Below, piece by piece: positions 1 through 9,253 of a stretch of DNA of 64,000 bases. Every line of letters begins with the position of its first letter. The stretch's first letter is position 1. The notes under the pieces were generated by a model. That model saw only the letters and a program-made list of their open reading frames with translations. It made no database searches and was not told the origin of the DNA. Source of the DNA: Gammaproteobacteria bacterium (GTDB lineage: Bacteria > Pseudomonadota > Gammaproteobacteria > Eutrophobiales > Eutrophobiaceae); contig CBDEUK010000002.1 in assembly GCA_965243205.1 (NCBI GenBank), positions 1,555,689-1,619,688 on the forward strand, read 5' to 3'. The translations under genes and the position numbers were made by a program.

Positions 1-437
1 GTGCAAGCTTACAAAAAACAGAACAACTGAGTACCCTAGAAAAAGAATTTGAATTATGTAAACAATATCTGAGTATAGAACAACACCGATTAGGCGATCG
101 TTTACAATGTGATTGGCAAGTGGATCCTTTACCATTAGATACACGAATACCAACATTGACCTTACAACCTTTAATTGAAAACGCAATTTATCATGGCATA
201 GAGCCTTTAGCTTCTGGTGGAACCGTCACTATTCAAGGCCGGGAAGATGATAAACACTGGATTATTTCTATTCATAATCCAATCGATAAACGTTTAATCG
301 CCAACCGAGAAGGCAATCGAATCGCTCAAGAAAACGTACGGCAACGATTAACGACTTATTACGATAATCCAAATTGTTTTCGTATTCTCGAAAGCGACGA
401 TGACTATCGAGTTGAAATAAGTATAGCTAAAGCATGA
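1..437 (+). CDS. Sensor histidine kinase, C-terminal part (AlgZ/FimS-like, LytS family); the gene starts upstream of the window
   Basis: The reading frame is open from base 3. The HATPase region carries the motif TLQPLIENAIYHGIE....GGTVTIQG. The stop overlaps the start of the downstream LytTR regulator (434). Confidence 0.7.
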   Translation, partial: ASLQKTEQLSTLEKEFELCKQYLSIEQHRLGDRLQCDWQVDPLPLDTRIPTLTLQPLIENAIYHGIEPLASGGTVTIQGREDDKHWIISIHNPIDKRLIANREGNRIAQENVRQRLTTYYDNPNCFRILESDDDYRVEISIAKA

Positions 438-1162
438 AATTATTAATTGTTGATGATGAACATTTAGCGCGCGATCGTTTAATTGATATGCTCAAAGACA
501 TCAATGCCAGCTATGAATTACATGAAGCAACGAATGGTGCAGAGGCAATTGAAACCCAAAGCCATATTCAAGCAGATGTAATTTTATTGGATATACGAAT
601 GCCTGTAATGGATGGACTAGAAGCCTCAATGCATTTGAATAAACTCGATCCTTCACCCATGATTGTGTTCACAACCGCTTATGGCGATCATGCATTAGAT
701 GCTTTTGAAAGCAACGCAATTGATTATCTTCTAAAGCCTATCAAGCAAGAACGATTAAAAGCAGCTTTAGATAAGTGTGTCACTATGCGACAAGGGCGAA
801 ACTTTAATGATGACATTGCTCAGCTTTCTTCTCAACGTACACACTTAAGCGCTAAAACACCTCTCGGTTTAAAAATCATCCCTGTACACGACATCCTTTA
901 TTTCAAAGCTGATCAAAAATACGTGAGTGGATTTTATGATGGAGGAGAATTAGTACTTGATGAAACTCTAAAATCTTTAGAAAAAGAGTTTGTAAGTATA
1001 TTTATTCGTACACATCGTAATACTTTAGTTTCGATCGAAGCCATTAAATCATTAGATAGAGATGAAGAAGGTAATGCCATTATCACTCTCAAACAAAGCA
1101 ATGATATGTTACCCGTGAGTCGCCGTCATTTAAGTACTGTAAAAGCATTAATGAAGTCGTAA
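434..1162 (+). CDS. algR: LytTR-family response regulator AlgR
   Basis: REC domain (LLIVDDE, LLDIRMP) plus a LytTR domain. Strong motif-level match to P. aeruginosa AlgR (SAKTPLGLKIIP, ADQKYV, VLDETLKSLEKEF, RTHRNTLV, VSRRH). Confidence 0.8.
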   Translation: MKLLIVDDEHLARDRLIDMLKDINASYELHEATNGAEAIETQSHIQADVILLDIRMPVMDGLEASMHLNKLDPSPMIVFTTAYGDHALDAFESNAIDYLLKPIKQERLKAALDKCVTMRQGRNFNDDIAQLSSQRTHLSAKTPLGLKIIPVHDILYFKADQKYVSGFYDGGELVLDETLKSLEKEFVSIFIRTHRNTLVSIEAIKSLDRDEEGNAIITLKQSNDMLPVSRRHLSTVKALMKS

Positions 1163-1169
1163 ATCACTG

Positions 1170-1628
1170 TTACGTCGACATGATGTTTACTGAACAACGT
1201 CGATAAGTTTCTTCTTTTATGATTTCCCAGCCTAGTTTTTTGTAAAAATCCTCTTGATCAGTAGTAAATAAATACAATTTATCAAAATTATATAAACTAG
1301 CCTGATTCATTACATATTTTACCAATCGGGAACCAACTCGCTGATGACGATATTTCTTAGATACATAGACACTTGCCAACCAAGGCGTCATTTCTGGATG
1401 AGTATCCATATCATTCTCGATAATAGAAGCAGAGCCAATTAACTCATGATCTGTTTTCGCAATGAACGTACTGGGTATAAATGTCTCCTCCAAATAACTT
1501 TGCATTTTTTGTTCACGAGATTTTAGGCTAGATTTTGGATTAAGATATGACCACTCAGCATGATGCCATTTAGCTAGCTGACTTAAATGTTGTGGGTATT
1601 TTTTTAAATCGAATATATCTATTCGCAT
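1170..1628 (-). CDS. GNAT-family N-acetyltransferase
   Basis: Acetyl-CoA binding-like motif HQRVGSRLVKYVM in a 152-aa protein. Confidence 0.55.
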   Translation of the reverse strand: MRIDIFDLKKYPQHLSQLAKWHHAEWSYLNPKSSLKSREQKMQSYLEETFIPSTFIAKTDHELIGSASIIENDMDTHPEMTPWLASVYVSKKYRHQRVGSRLVKYVMNQASLYNFDKLYLFTTDQEDFYKKLGWEIIKEETYRRCSVNIMST

Positions 1629-1649
1629 ATTTCACATGCAAATTATGTT

Positions 1650-2933
1650 TTATGCCATCTCATGACTAGCGGCTAATAACGCCAATCGCGCTATCACTCC
1701 ATAAGTATAAAATCGATTTGGGTGTGCATCAGGATCAAGTTCTTTATCTGGTGAGATACAAGAATCAGCAAACGCTAAACGCTCAAACCGCATACCAGGT
1801 GAATTTAAATTTTCATTGGCTCCTTTTTTTGAATGTACACGATAAAAACCACCGACTACATTATGATCAACCATATAAACAACAGGCTCTGCCGAACTCT
1901 CTTCATCATCCCATTTTTCATGGGTATAAACTCCTTCTTGTATGATCACTTGAGTTATCTTTTGACCTTCTTTAGTAGTTGACATTTTGTTACGTTGTTT
2001 CCGATTTAACTCCAATACATCGTCAGGACTTTTAACCGTCATAACACCCATACCATAAGTACCTGCATCGGCCTTAACCATTACGAAAGGATCACATGAC
2101 ACAGAATATTCTTGGTATTTTTTTTTAATCGAAGTTAATAATGTCTCAACATTTTTTACCAAACAGTTTGTACCTTCTTGTTTAACAAAATCGATTTCGC
2201 CACAATTACGAAACATCGGGTCTATTAACCAAGGATCGATATCAATTATTTCGGTAAACTCTTTTGCAATGGCTTGGTAATGTTTGAAATGAATCGACTT
2301 TAAACGTGTTGACCAACCCATATCCAAACTGGGTGTAATTGACTGTTCAATGTCCTTAAGAATGTCAGGCTTGCCACCCGATAAATCGTTATTTAACACA
2401 ACTAGGCAAGGGTCGAATTTTTCTAATAGAACTCGATTACCAGTTCGTTGTAAAGGTTCTAATAAAACTGAAGCACCTGAAGGTAATTCAATCGTTTGTG
2501 GTTCAGTAATGTCTTCAGAGATAGAACCAATGCGCACTTCATAGCCCGCTTTTTCAATAATGTTACGTATTGAATTTAAACTTTCTAAATAAAATAAATT
2601 ACGTGTATGGTTTTCTGGTATTAAAAGTACGCGATCAATTTCGGGGTTAATCCGTTCAATCGCCATTTGCATTGACTGTATACATAATGGTTCGAATGCA
2701 GAGTTTAAATTATTAAAACCTGCAGGGAATAAATTCGTATCGACGGGAGCAATTTTATAACCCGCATTACGTAAATCGACTGAAGCATAAAATGGCACGG
2801 TAACCTGCCGCCATTGATTACGAAACCATGACTCAATGATATGTTGTTTATCAAGAATATGGCTTTCTATCTCTTTTAAAGGCCCATTTAAAGCGGTCGT
2901 TAAATGCGGAACAGCGGACAATTGTGCGTTCAT
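1650..2933 (-). CDS. ATP-grasp-like ligase of uncertain specificity, sitting in the position gshB occupies downstream of rsmE
   Basis: 427 aa. KADAGTYGMGV resembles the ATP-grasp glycine-rich loop. The synteny rsmE->this gene matches E. coli rsmE-gshB. The length and N-terminus do not match canonical GshB. Confidence 0.35.
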   Translation of the reverse strand: MNAQLSAVPHLTTALNGPLKEIESHILDKQHIIESWFRNQWRQVTVPFYASVDLRNAGYKIAPVDTNLFPAGFNNLNSAFEPLCIQSMQMAIERINPEIDRVLLIPENHTRNLFYLESLNSIRNIIEKAGYEVRIGSISEDITEPQTIELPSGASVLLEPLQRTGNRVLLEKFDPCLVVLNNDLSGGKPDILKDIEQSITPSLDMGWSTRLKSIHFKHYQAIAKEFTEIIDIDPWLIDPMFRNCGEIDFVKQEGTNCLVKNVETLLTSIKKKYQEYSVSCDPFVMVKADAGTYGMGVMTVKSPDDVLELNRKQRNKMSTTKEGQKITQVIIQEGVYTHEKWDDEESSAEPVVYMVDHNVVGGFYRVHSKKGANENLNSPGMRFERLAFADSCISPDKELDPDAHPNRFYTYGVIARLALLAASHEMA

Positions 2934-3008
2934 AAATATGATCCCAATATTGATAAGGGCTAAGAGCCATATTGTACTGTTGAGTTCATAACAACAGTAT
3001 TATTTTTT

Positions 3009-3746
3009 TTAAGATAAATCACCCCAAAGTGACTGTAAAACACCCATTGCTACCAATGCGGCGGTTTCTGTTCGAAACACTCTAGGGCCCAATTTAATTG
3101 ATTGATAGCCATGAGAGATGGCCGATTCAATTTCATCATGACTCAAACCTCCCTCACTGCCAATCAACAATGTAACTGAATCAGATGGTTTGTTTAATTC
3201 ATTAACCGACTGACTAGATGAGGGCGCAAGAACAATTTTCAAGTCCGATAATTCCATTTCTAACCAATCTTCTAACAACATTGGTTCCAATAATTGTGGG
3301 ATTTTGCAACGACCCGATTGCTCAGTTGCAGATACAATGACTTTGTTCCAATGTTTTAATTTACTTTCTACTTTATCGGTTTTAATTTTGATACTAGAAC
3401 GTTGGTTAATAATAGGCACTATTCTGTGCACTCCCAGTTCTACAGCTTTTTGCAAAGTAAAATCCATTTTTTGTCCTTTACTCAAACCTTGAGCCAAGGT
3501 TATTTTTAGCGGACTTTCTGTTTTAGAATCTTCGCTAGATATAATTTTGACTTGTGCTAGTTTCTTTGAAATTGATTCAACTGTTGCTGTATATTGATAT
3601 CCATATCCATTAAACAATTGGATTTGATCTCCTATACCTTTACGCAGTACAGTAAGTAAATGATGAGAAACCTCCGAAGGCAACATCACTAATTCGCCTT
3701 CCCTTAAAGGTATTTCCACATAAAATCGAGATATTCTTTTTGACAT
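3009..3746 (-). CDS. rsmE: 16S rRNA (uracil1498-N3)-methyltransferase RsmE
   Basis: 245 aa. PUA-like N-terminus plus a SPOUT C-terminus (GPRVFRTETAALVAMGVLQSLWGDL). Confidence 0.85.
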   Translation of the reverse strand: MSKRISRFYVEIPLREGELVMLPSEVSHHLLTVLRKGIGDQIQLFNGYGYQYTATVESISKKLAQVKIISSEDSKTESPLKITLAQGLSKGQKMDFTLQKAVELGVHRIVPIINQRSSIKIKTDKVESKLKHWNKVIVSATEQSGRCKIPQLLEPMLLEDWLEMELSDLKIVLAPSSSQSVNELNKPSDSVTLLIGSEGGLSHDEIESAISHGYQSIKLGPRVFRTETAALVAMGVLQSLWGDLS

Positions 3747-3816
3747 TTTAATTATCAGAACGGAATTTTTTTATACGTTAACAAGTCTGACTCTAAAAAC
3801 AACCACCTGTAATACT

Positions 3817-4137
3817 TTGAGCATAATTAACGCAAAATTCGCCCCCGGCCAAATCATCTATCATCGATTATTCGACTATCGAGGTGTGATCATTGGCGTC
3901 GACGCCAACTTTGAAGGTGAAGACGAATGGTATGAACAAATGGCCAAGAGCAAACCGGCTAAAGATCGTCCCTGGTATCATGTCTTGGTCGATCAAGCTT
4001 CTCATCAAACCTACGTTGCTGAACAAAACTTAGAATTGGAAATAGAAAATCATAGCCCTATCCAACACCCACTGATCGATGAATTATTTTATGAATTGGA
4101 TAATGGTATATATAAAAGCCGCGCAATTGCTCATTAA
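3817..4137 (+). CDS. hspQ: Heat shock protein HspQ (YccV-like hemimethylated-DNA-binding domain)
   Basis: AKFAPGQIIYHRLFDYRGVIIGVD...PWYHVLV matches the HspQ family signature. Confidence 0.75.
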   Translation: MSIINAKFAPGQIIYHRLFDYRGVIIGVDANFEGEDEWYEQMAKSKPAKDRPWYHVLVDQASHQTYVAEQNLELEIENHSPIQHPLIDELFYELDNGIYKSRAIAH

Positions 4138-4142
4138 CACTA

Positions 4143-4592
4143 ATGCTCAATAAATTAATTCAACTCTTATCTGATAATTCGGATAACCAAGCATCCGATA
4201 TAGATAGAGAGAAGCTCATCCAACTTTCAACAGCAGCATTATTAGTTGAAATCAGCCTAGCGGATTCTGAGATCGGAAACGAAGAAATTGATACTATGAT
4301 GTCAATCATTGAATCGGAGTTTGATTTTTCCAGCGAAGAAGCCAGCCAATTATTAAACGAAGCAAAAAACCGTGTAGAGAACTCTGTTTCATTGTATGAG
4401 TTTACAAACTTACTGAAAGACGAACTATCGCTTACCGAGCGTAGTAACATCATCGAGCAACTATGGAAAGTGGCTTATGCAGATGCGGTTTTAGATAAAT
4501 ATGAAGAGTATTATGTAAGAAAAATAGCAGATTTGCTTTATGTACCGCAAACCAACTACATCAAAGCAAAATTATCTGCTCTAAACGATTAA
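4143..4592 (+). CDS. TerB-like (tellurite-resistance TerB / DjlA N-domain-like) protein, likely co-transcribed with hspQ
   Basis: 149 aa, acidic, helical. Lies 5 nt after the hspQ stop. The family assignment is tentative. Confidence 0.35.
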   Translation: MLNKLIQLLSDNSDNQASDIDREKLIQLSTAALLVEISLADSEIGNEEIDTMMSIIESEFDFSSEEASQLLNEAKNRVENSVSLYEFTNLLKDELSLTERSNIIEQLWKVAYADAVLDKYEEYYVRKIADLLYVPQTNYIKAKLSALND

Positions 4593-4596
4593 AAAT

Positions 4597-5031
4597 TTAA
4601 CTCAGCATTGTTTGAATTAATTGGTCTTCTAACTCAATACGAGTTGTCATATGTTCACCAAGTAACGATAAGTCTGCTTGAAACTCAGAAGATGAAATAT
4701 CCACATTATTTTTCTCGTATTTTTCATTGAAAGCTAGAGCTACTTCCGTTGTTTTAGCAATAGGAGGATAAATTTCTGCTGCTAACCCCGAAACTGCTTT
4801 GCGTCGTTCTTGGCCTTCAGCAATTCTCGCATATAAGCCAAAATGTCCTGCAGCGATATAATCGACTAAGACCTGACAAAAATCCTCAAATAACTCTTTT
4901 TTCATTTCCGCGGAATCATCTTCTTCCGCTTTTGGAAGTTGAAACAATAGCGAAAGTAATTGCTTTCGCTCTTTAAGCATATTATCAATTAATTTATTAC
5001 TTCTTCGTTCTTTTACTGAGTGTTCACTCAT
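4597..5031 (-). CDS. rsd: Regulator of sigma D (Rsd/AlgQ family anti-sigma-70 factor)
   Basis: FCQVLVDYIAAGHFGLYARI matches E. coli Rsd FCQSLVDYLSAGHFSIYERI. The start is placed at the internal MSEHSV. Confidence 0.75.
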   Translation of the reverse strand: MSEHSVKERRSNKLIDNMLKERKQLLSLLFQLPKAEEDDSAEMKKELFEDFCQVLVDYIAAGHFGLYARIAEGQERRKAVSGLAAEIYPPIAKTTEVALAFNEKYEKNNVDISSSEFQADLSLLGEHMTTRIELEDQLIQTMLS

Positions 5032-5379
5032 TTTTATAACCTCTCCATCACTTGCACCCATAGTAAACAGTCTCCTATTGTCCTGACAAGCATTAATAAT
5101 TTATGTGTTTTAGCCACAATCTCTATTCAAGAATCATGCTAGAATTTAATCAGCTGCACTATTGGTTGTTAAGCATTAAAACTACTGATATTGTGCTTTA
5201 ATAAATGGCTGTAAACTAAGCAAAGCAAATAAGAAATCTTCGTAGTGAATTGAATGTTACAAATTCCATCTGACAGCACTTTTCGTTTATAATACCGATA
5301 ATTTGCAATAATAATCAAACACTTCTGATTTTTTATTAAACTAAAGTTAAAATTAAGGAATATGGCCTAAGTAATAAAT

Positions 5380-6831
5380 ATGATAATTCCGGGTTATCAA
5401 ATTCAGAAAAAAATTGGCCAAGGCGGAATGGCCACAGTCTATCTTGCGATTCAAGAATCTCTGGATCGTCCAGTCGTCCTAAAAATCCTTGATGCTGAGC
5501 GAATTGAATCTGAACAATGGACTGAACGTTTTTTGTCAGAAGGCCGTTTAGTTGCCTCACTTCGACATCCAAATATTATTACTATCTATGATATAGGTCT
5601 TGCTGAAGAACAACTCTATATTTCGATGGAATACATCGAAGGCGGTGATTTAAAAAAACGCATGAAAACCCCAATTTTGCCTAGCCAATGTTTGGACTAT
5701 TTAATCAAAGTTGGATCCGCACTCGATACTGCACATGCTCATGGTATTGTTCATCGCGATGTAAAACCTGCAAATATTCTCTTCAAAGACGATGAAACGC
5801 CTCTACTCACAGACTTTGGTATTGCCAAACAAATTGATGGCGACTTAGATTTAACCTCAACCGGGATATTTCTAGGTAGTCCTAACTATGTCAGCCCAGA
5901 GCAAGCGGATGGCCTTGCTGTCGATGGTCGCTCCGATATATATAGTTTGGGGTGTATCTTTTACGAAATGCTCACTGGTGATAAACCTTTCCCGTCCGAC
6001 TCTGTGATCGAAATCGTTATCAAACATAAACAAGCGCCAATTCCTGATTTGCCCCATGAATACCGTGCATTTCAACCACTGCTTGATCGTATGATGGCGA
6101 AAAAGTGCGAAGATCGTTTTCGTAACTGCCAGATTATGATTGAGTATATCCAGGAAATGCGTGATCGGATCACTACAAATAATCAAATCAAACCGGTATC
6201 CGAATTTGATGCAACTGTAGCAGAACGAATATCAGAACCCATTGAAACGGTTGCGGAACCAAAGAAAAATCTTAATCCAATTCTGATGGTCCTATTAATT
6301 ATTGCGTTTTCTATCAACATTATTCTGCATTTTGTTGAGAAAAGCATTTCTATGGGTGACTACAAGCCTAAGATAGCAACTCAATCGAACATCCCGATAA
6401 ACCAAACTGATTTAAAAGCCCAATCAGGTGTAGATACTTTATCAGGTAATAACTCACCTGGGCTTGCAGCAGAATCCGCTTCACCCGCAGTTCGCAGCGC
6501 TCTTATGTGGTTAGGAAAACAAAGCTTAGAAGAATTTAAGCTAACTTACCCTGCAAAGGATAATGCCTATTATTATTTCTCAAAATTGTTGGATATAGAA
6601 CCTGAAAATCAAGAAGCAAAGAATGGAATCATTATGATTGCAGAACGCTATGCAATCCTTGCTGAAAAGGCAATCGCTGATAACGACTATCAAAAGTCTG
6701 CGGCTTATATCAACATTGGTTTACAAATCGATCCAAACAATGCCAGCTTGCATTCTGTTCGGTCATTTATGCAGGAATTGGATCAACCTTCGGCCTGGGA
6801 TGCCATCAAAGGTATTTTCACCAAACAATAA
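5380..6831 (+). CDS. Hanks-type Ser/Thr protein kinase with one transmembrane helix and a C-terminal TPR-like domain
   Basis: GQGGMATVY glycine loop, VLK lysine, HRDVKPANIL catalytic loop, DFGIAK and SPE motifs. A TM segment LNPILMVLLIIAFSINIILHF is followed by TPR-like repeats. Confidence 0.85.
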   Translation: MIIPGYQIQKKIGQGGMATVYLAIQESLDRPVVLKILDAERIESEQWTERFLSEGRLVASLRHPNIITIYDIGLAEEQLYISMEYIEGGDLKKRMKTPILPSQCLDYLIKVGSALDTAHAHGIVHRDVKPANILFKDDETPLLTDFGIAKQIDGDLDLTSTGIFLGSPNYVSPEQADGLAVDGRSDIYSLGCIFYEMLTGDKPFPSDSVIEIVIKHKQAPIPDLPHEYRAFQPLLDRMMAKKCEDRFRNCQIMIEYIQEMRDRITTNNQIKPVSEFDATVAERISEPIETVAEPKKNLNPILMVLLIIAFSINIILHFVEKSISMGDYKPKIATQSNIPINQTDLKAQSGVDTLSGNNSPGLAAESASPAVRSALMWLGKQSLEEFKLTYPAKDNAYYYFSKLLDIEPENQEAKNGIIMIAERYAILAEKAIADNDYQKSAAYINIGLQIDPNNASLHSVRSFMQELDQPSAWDAIKGIFTKQ

Positions 6832-6841
6832 ATACAAAAAA

Positions 6842-7360
6842 CTATTGATTGATAATTTCTTTCGCTTTATCTCGTTGAGTTTGTTCCCATTCACCGATTA
6901 ATTGCTTCATATCATCGATTGTTAAACCAGATAAATCTTCAGCTGTAATGGTTTCTGGTTCCTCTTCCTCCGGCTCAACTTCTGCAAGTTTCTCTTCAAC
7001 TTCCTCAAGTTCTTCTTCTAACTCATCAAGTTCACTTTTACGAGGTTTCGTCTTTTCCTGTTTAGACAATACCGATTTTGCCTTCTCACGGATACTTTCT
7101 TCATTGGCTATATTCAAAGAACTGTCACGTAATCTCTCTCTCTGCTCTTCGGAAACTCGAATACCGGTATCATCAACCAATTGGCCTGATTCAAATACAA
7201 AAATCCTGGGGCCTCTATCTCCCGTTCTGTACCAAGCAGGCGGCTTACCTGATAATTGAGTCGTACCAGTTTCAGAATCGGTCCATTGGTACATTCTAGC
7301 TTCAGCCGATATTCCAAATACCGTCAGAAACAGAATGAAAATACGCAAAGAGTTGATCAT
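6842..7360 (-). CDS. Secreted DUF4124-family protein with an acidic coiled-coil C-terminus
   Basis: Signal peptide, then the DUF4124 signature MYQWTDSETGTTQLSGKPP. The C-terminus is Glu-rich. Confidence 0.55.
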   Translation of the reverse strand: MINSLRIFILFLTVFGISAEARMYQWTDSETGTTQLSGKPPAWYRTGDRGPRIFVFESGQLVDDTGIRVSEEQRERLRDSSLNIANEESIREKAKSVLSKQEKTKPRKSELDELEEELEEVEEKLAEVEPEEEEPETITAEDLSGLTIDDMKQLIGEWEQTQRDKAKEIINQ

Positions 7361-7457
7361 CGATTTTCCTAAATCTTTCTATTATCAGTTTATTATAGCA
7401 CTGTGTTAGACCAGATACTCAAACAAGTCGATAATGCCTCTGTAATTAAATTTACTG

Positions 7458-8174
7458 TTAGGCTTCAATACACCTTAAATAAGCCTGTTCTAGCTCATCT
7501 ACACCGTACTTCTTGCAGCACTCATCGGGGGTCCCAATAAATTTCAGCCTAGCATTATGTAATATCGCCATACGATCACATAAGGACTGAACATCCGCCA
7601 ATAAATGGGTGCTAAAAAATAGTGTCTGACCCTGCTGCTTTAAATCCAGTAGGTATTGCTTCAGATACGCTCTAGCTTTAGGGTCTAAACCGCTCATCGG
7701 CTCATCTAAAATCAAACATTTTCGCTTGCTGAGTAAACTCGCGGCTAAACCCAATTTCTGTGCCATACCTTTGGATAATTGACCCACGGTTTTATCGAGT
7801 GCTCCAGGTGTTAAATCTAACGTATTAAGCATTTCTATAACTGACGATTCTTCGTATTCCAAACCATAAAGCTTTAGCATATAACGAATAAACTCACGGC
7901 CAGTTAAATAATAGGATGGAAGAAATTTTTCAGGTAAGTAACTCACATTTACCCGGGATGAAGTATTACTGTGTTCAACACCAAAAATATTAATCTCACC
8001 ACTTTCAAATAACACAAAATCTAATAAACATTTAATTAATGATGTTTTACCCGCACCATTAATTCCGACTAAGCCTAAGTATTCACCTTCAAAAACATTT
8101 AGATCGATTCCATCCAGAACCAATTGCTTTTGGTAACTTTTTTTAACTTGTTTAAATTCTAAAGCAGTGTTCAT
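7458..8174 (-). CDS. ABC transporter ATP-binding protein
   Basis: Walker A GINGAGKT, signature LSKGMAQKL, Walker B LILDEP. Confidence 0.85.
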   Translation of the reverse strand: MNTALEFKQVKKSYQKQLVLDGIDLNVFEGEYLGLVGINGAGKTSLIKCLLDFVLFESGEINIFGVEHSNTSSRVNVSYLPEKFLPSYYLTGREFIRYMLKLYGLEYEESSVIEMLNTLDLTPGALDKTVGQLSKGMAQKLGLAASLLSKRKCLILDEPMSGLDPKARAYLKQYLLDLKQQGQTLFFSTHLLADVQSLCDRMAILHNARLKFIGTPDECCKKYGVDELEQAYLRCIEA

Positions 8175-8212
8175 AAATTTAAGTTTATATTAAAAATAGT
8201 TTTGTAAAATAT

Positions 8213-8241
8213 AAAAAAGCCCGCTTAACGCGGGCTTGTTG
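8213..8241 (-). terminator. Rho-independent terminator downstream of the pilin gene
   Basis: GCCCGC-TTAAC-GCGGGC hairpin. On the minus strand it is followed by an A-run on the plus strand, which reads as a U-run in the minus-strand transcript. Confidence 0.6.
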
Positions 8242-8261
8242 TATTAATTAATTGGTAAAGA

Positions 8262-9050
8262 TTAGTAGATATACACTGCATTACAACTTTGTTGAGCGCC
8301 TTGAATATTCCATATTTGCTGAGCAGCACCACCCCCAGCAGGAGGAGCACCAGCTATAGTACATTGAGGATTTGCTGCAGAATTTACATCGACAACGATA
8401 CCAAATGCTCCACCACCACCGCCAGTAGCCGCCGTACCACGCATGATGCCTGTCTGAGGTAAAGAATCGTCAATTTTTACATCCAACTCTCTCAATACAT
8501 TTACAGGTATTTGTGTACCGAATGAAAAAATCAGTCTAGGTGCAGCCGCAGCACCTGCAGCTAACACATCATATTCATCAGAGGTTCCTAAAAGCACAGC
8601 TCCTTGGAAAGCATTTACAGGTGTTGCACCTGCAGCTTGGTAACCAGCAACGCCAATTGTAGAACCAGCTGCAGCACCAAAAGCGACATTTTGTCCTGCA
8701 TATAGCCCAGTAATAAATCCTGCATTCGATAGATGATGCCAAACGTTGACTGCTTCATCTAAACTGCCTCGATCTAACTGCCCGTTTCCATTACCTCCAT
8801 CTAAGTTATTCACGCCTATCGCATTTCGGGCATTATTCTGAGGCATATCACCAGGAATAGCTCTGTAGCGATCAATAAAACCATAGTAGGCAGCTTGGAT
8901 ACCTGAATTTTGATCGGCTAGGTTTCGTACTCTAGCACTGGTTATTAACTCCTGCCCTTTCAAAATACCGCCAAGTAATAGACCTATAATAACTAATACA
9001 ATCGCTATTTCTACTAAGGTAAAACCAGATTGTTTTTTTATACTAACCAT
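8262..9050 (-). CDS. Type IVa major pilin, unusually long (262 aa) and Gly/Ala-rich
   Basis: Class III leader MVSIKKQSG|FTLVEIAIVLVIIGLLLGG with Glu at +5. A C-terminal Cys pair forms a likely disulfide loop. A terminator lies downstream. Confidence 0.85.
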   Translation of the reverse strand: MVSIKKQSGFTLVEIAIVLVIIGLLLGGILKGQELITSARVRNLADQNSGIQAAYYGFIDRYRAIPGDMPQNNARNAIGVNNLDGGNGNGQLDRGSLDEAVNVWHHLSNAGFITGLYAGQNVAFGAAAGSTIGVAGYQAAGATPVNAFQGAVLLGTSDEYDVLAAGAAAAPRLIFSFGTQIPVNVLRELDVKIDDSLPQTGIMRGTAATGGGGGAFGIVVDVNSAANPQCTIAGAPPAGGGAAQQIWNIQGAQQSCNAVYIY

Positions 9051-9097
9051 ACTTTTTCTCTTTAAAAATTTATTAATAAGAACATTGCTATGCTTAT

Positions 9098-9113
9098 TGC
9101 AGTCATCATGCCA
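9098..9113 (-). promoter_or_regulatory. Candidate sigma-54 (-24/-12) promoter of the pilin gene
   Basis: The minus strand reads TGGCATGATGACTGCA, with GG and GC at the exact consensus spacing (TGGCAC-N5-TTGCW), about 45 nt upstream of the pilin ATG. Confidence 0.5.
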
Positions 9114-9253
9114 GAGTACAAGTCATTGATTATTAAGTAGAAACATATTTATATATAGTCTAAACTGGCAATATTTCATCAAAAGTTGTCGAAATATCAA
9201 CAGTTTTATTTTAGTTGTTTTTAAACAAACTCTTTAAAATATAACTAAACACA

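Noticed and set aside
120-437. A 105-aa ORF called as a separate gene
   Set aside because: The frame is open back to the window start and encodes the continuous C-terminus of a histidine kinase. The ATG at 120 is internal.
1718-7317. Small nested ORFs (1718..1945, 2350..2544, 3304..3492, 4160..4453, 5336..5572, 5872..6186, 6638..6901, 6948..7259, 7078..7299, 7114..7317)
   Set aside because: All overlap well-supported genes on the opposite strand or in another frame. None has an RBS or a recognisable motif.
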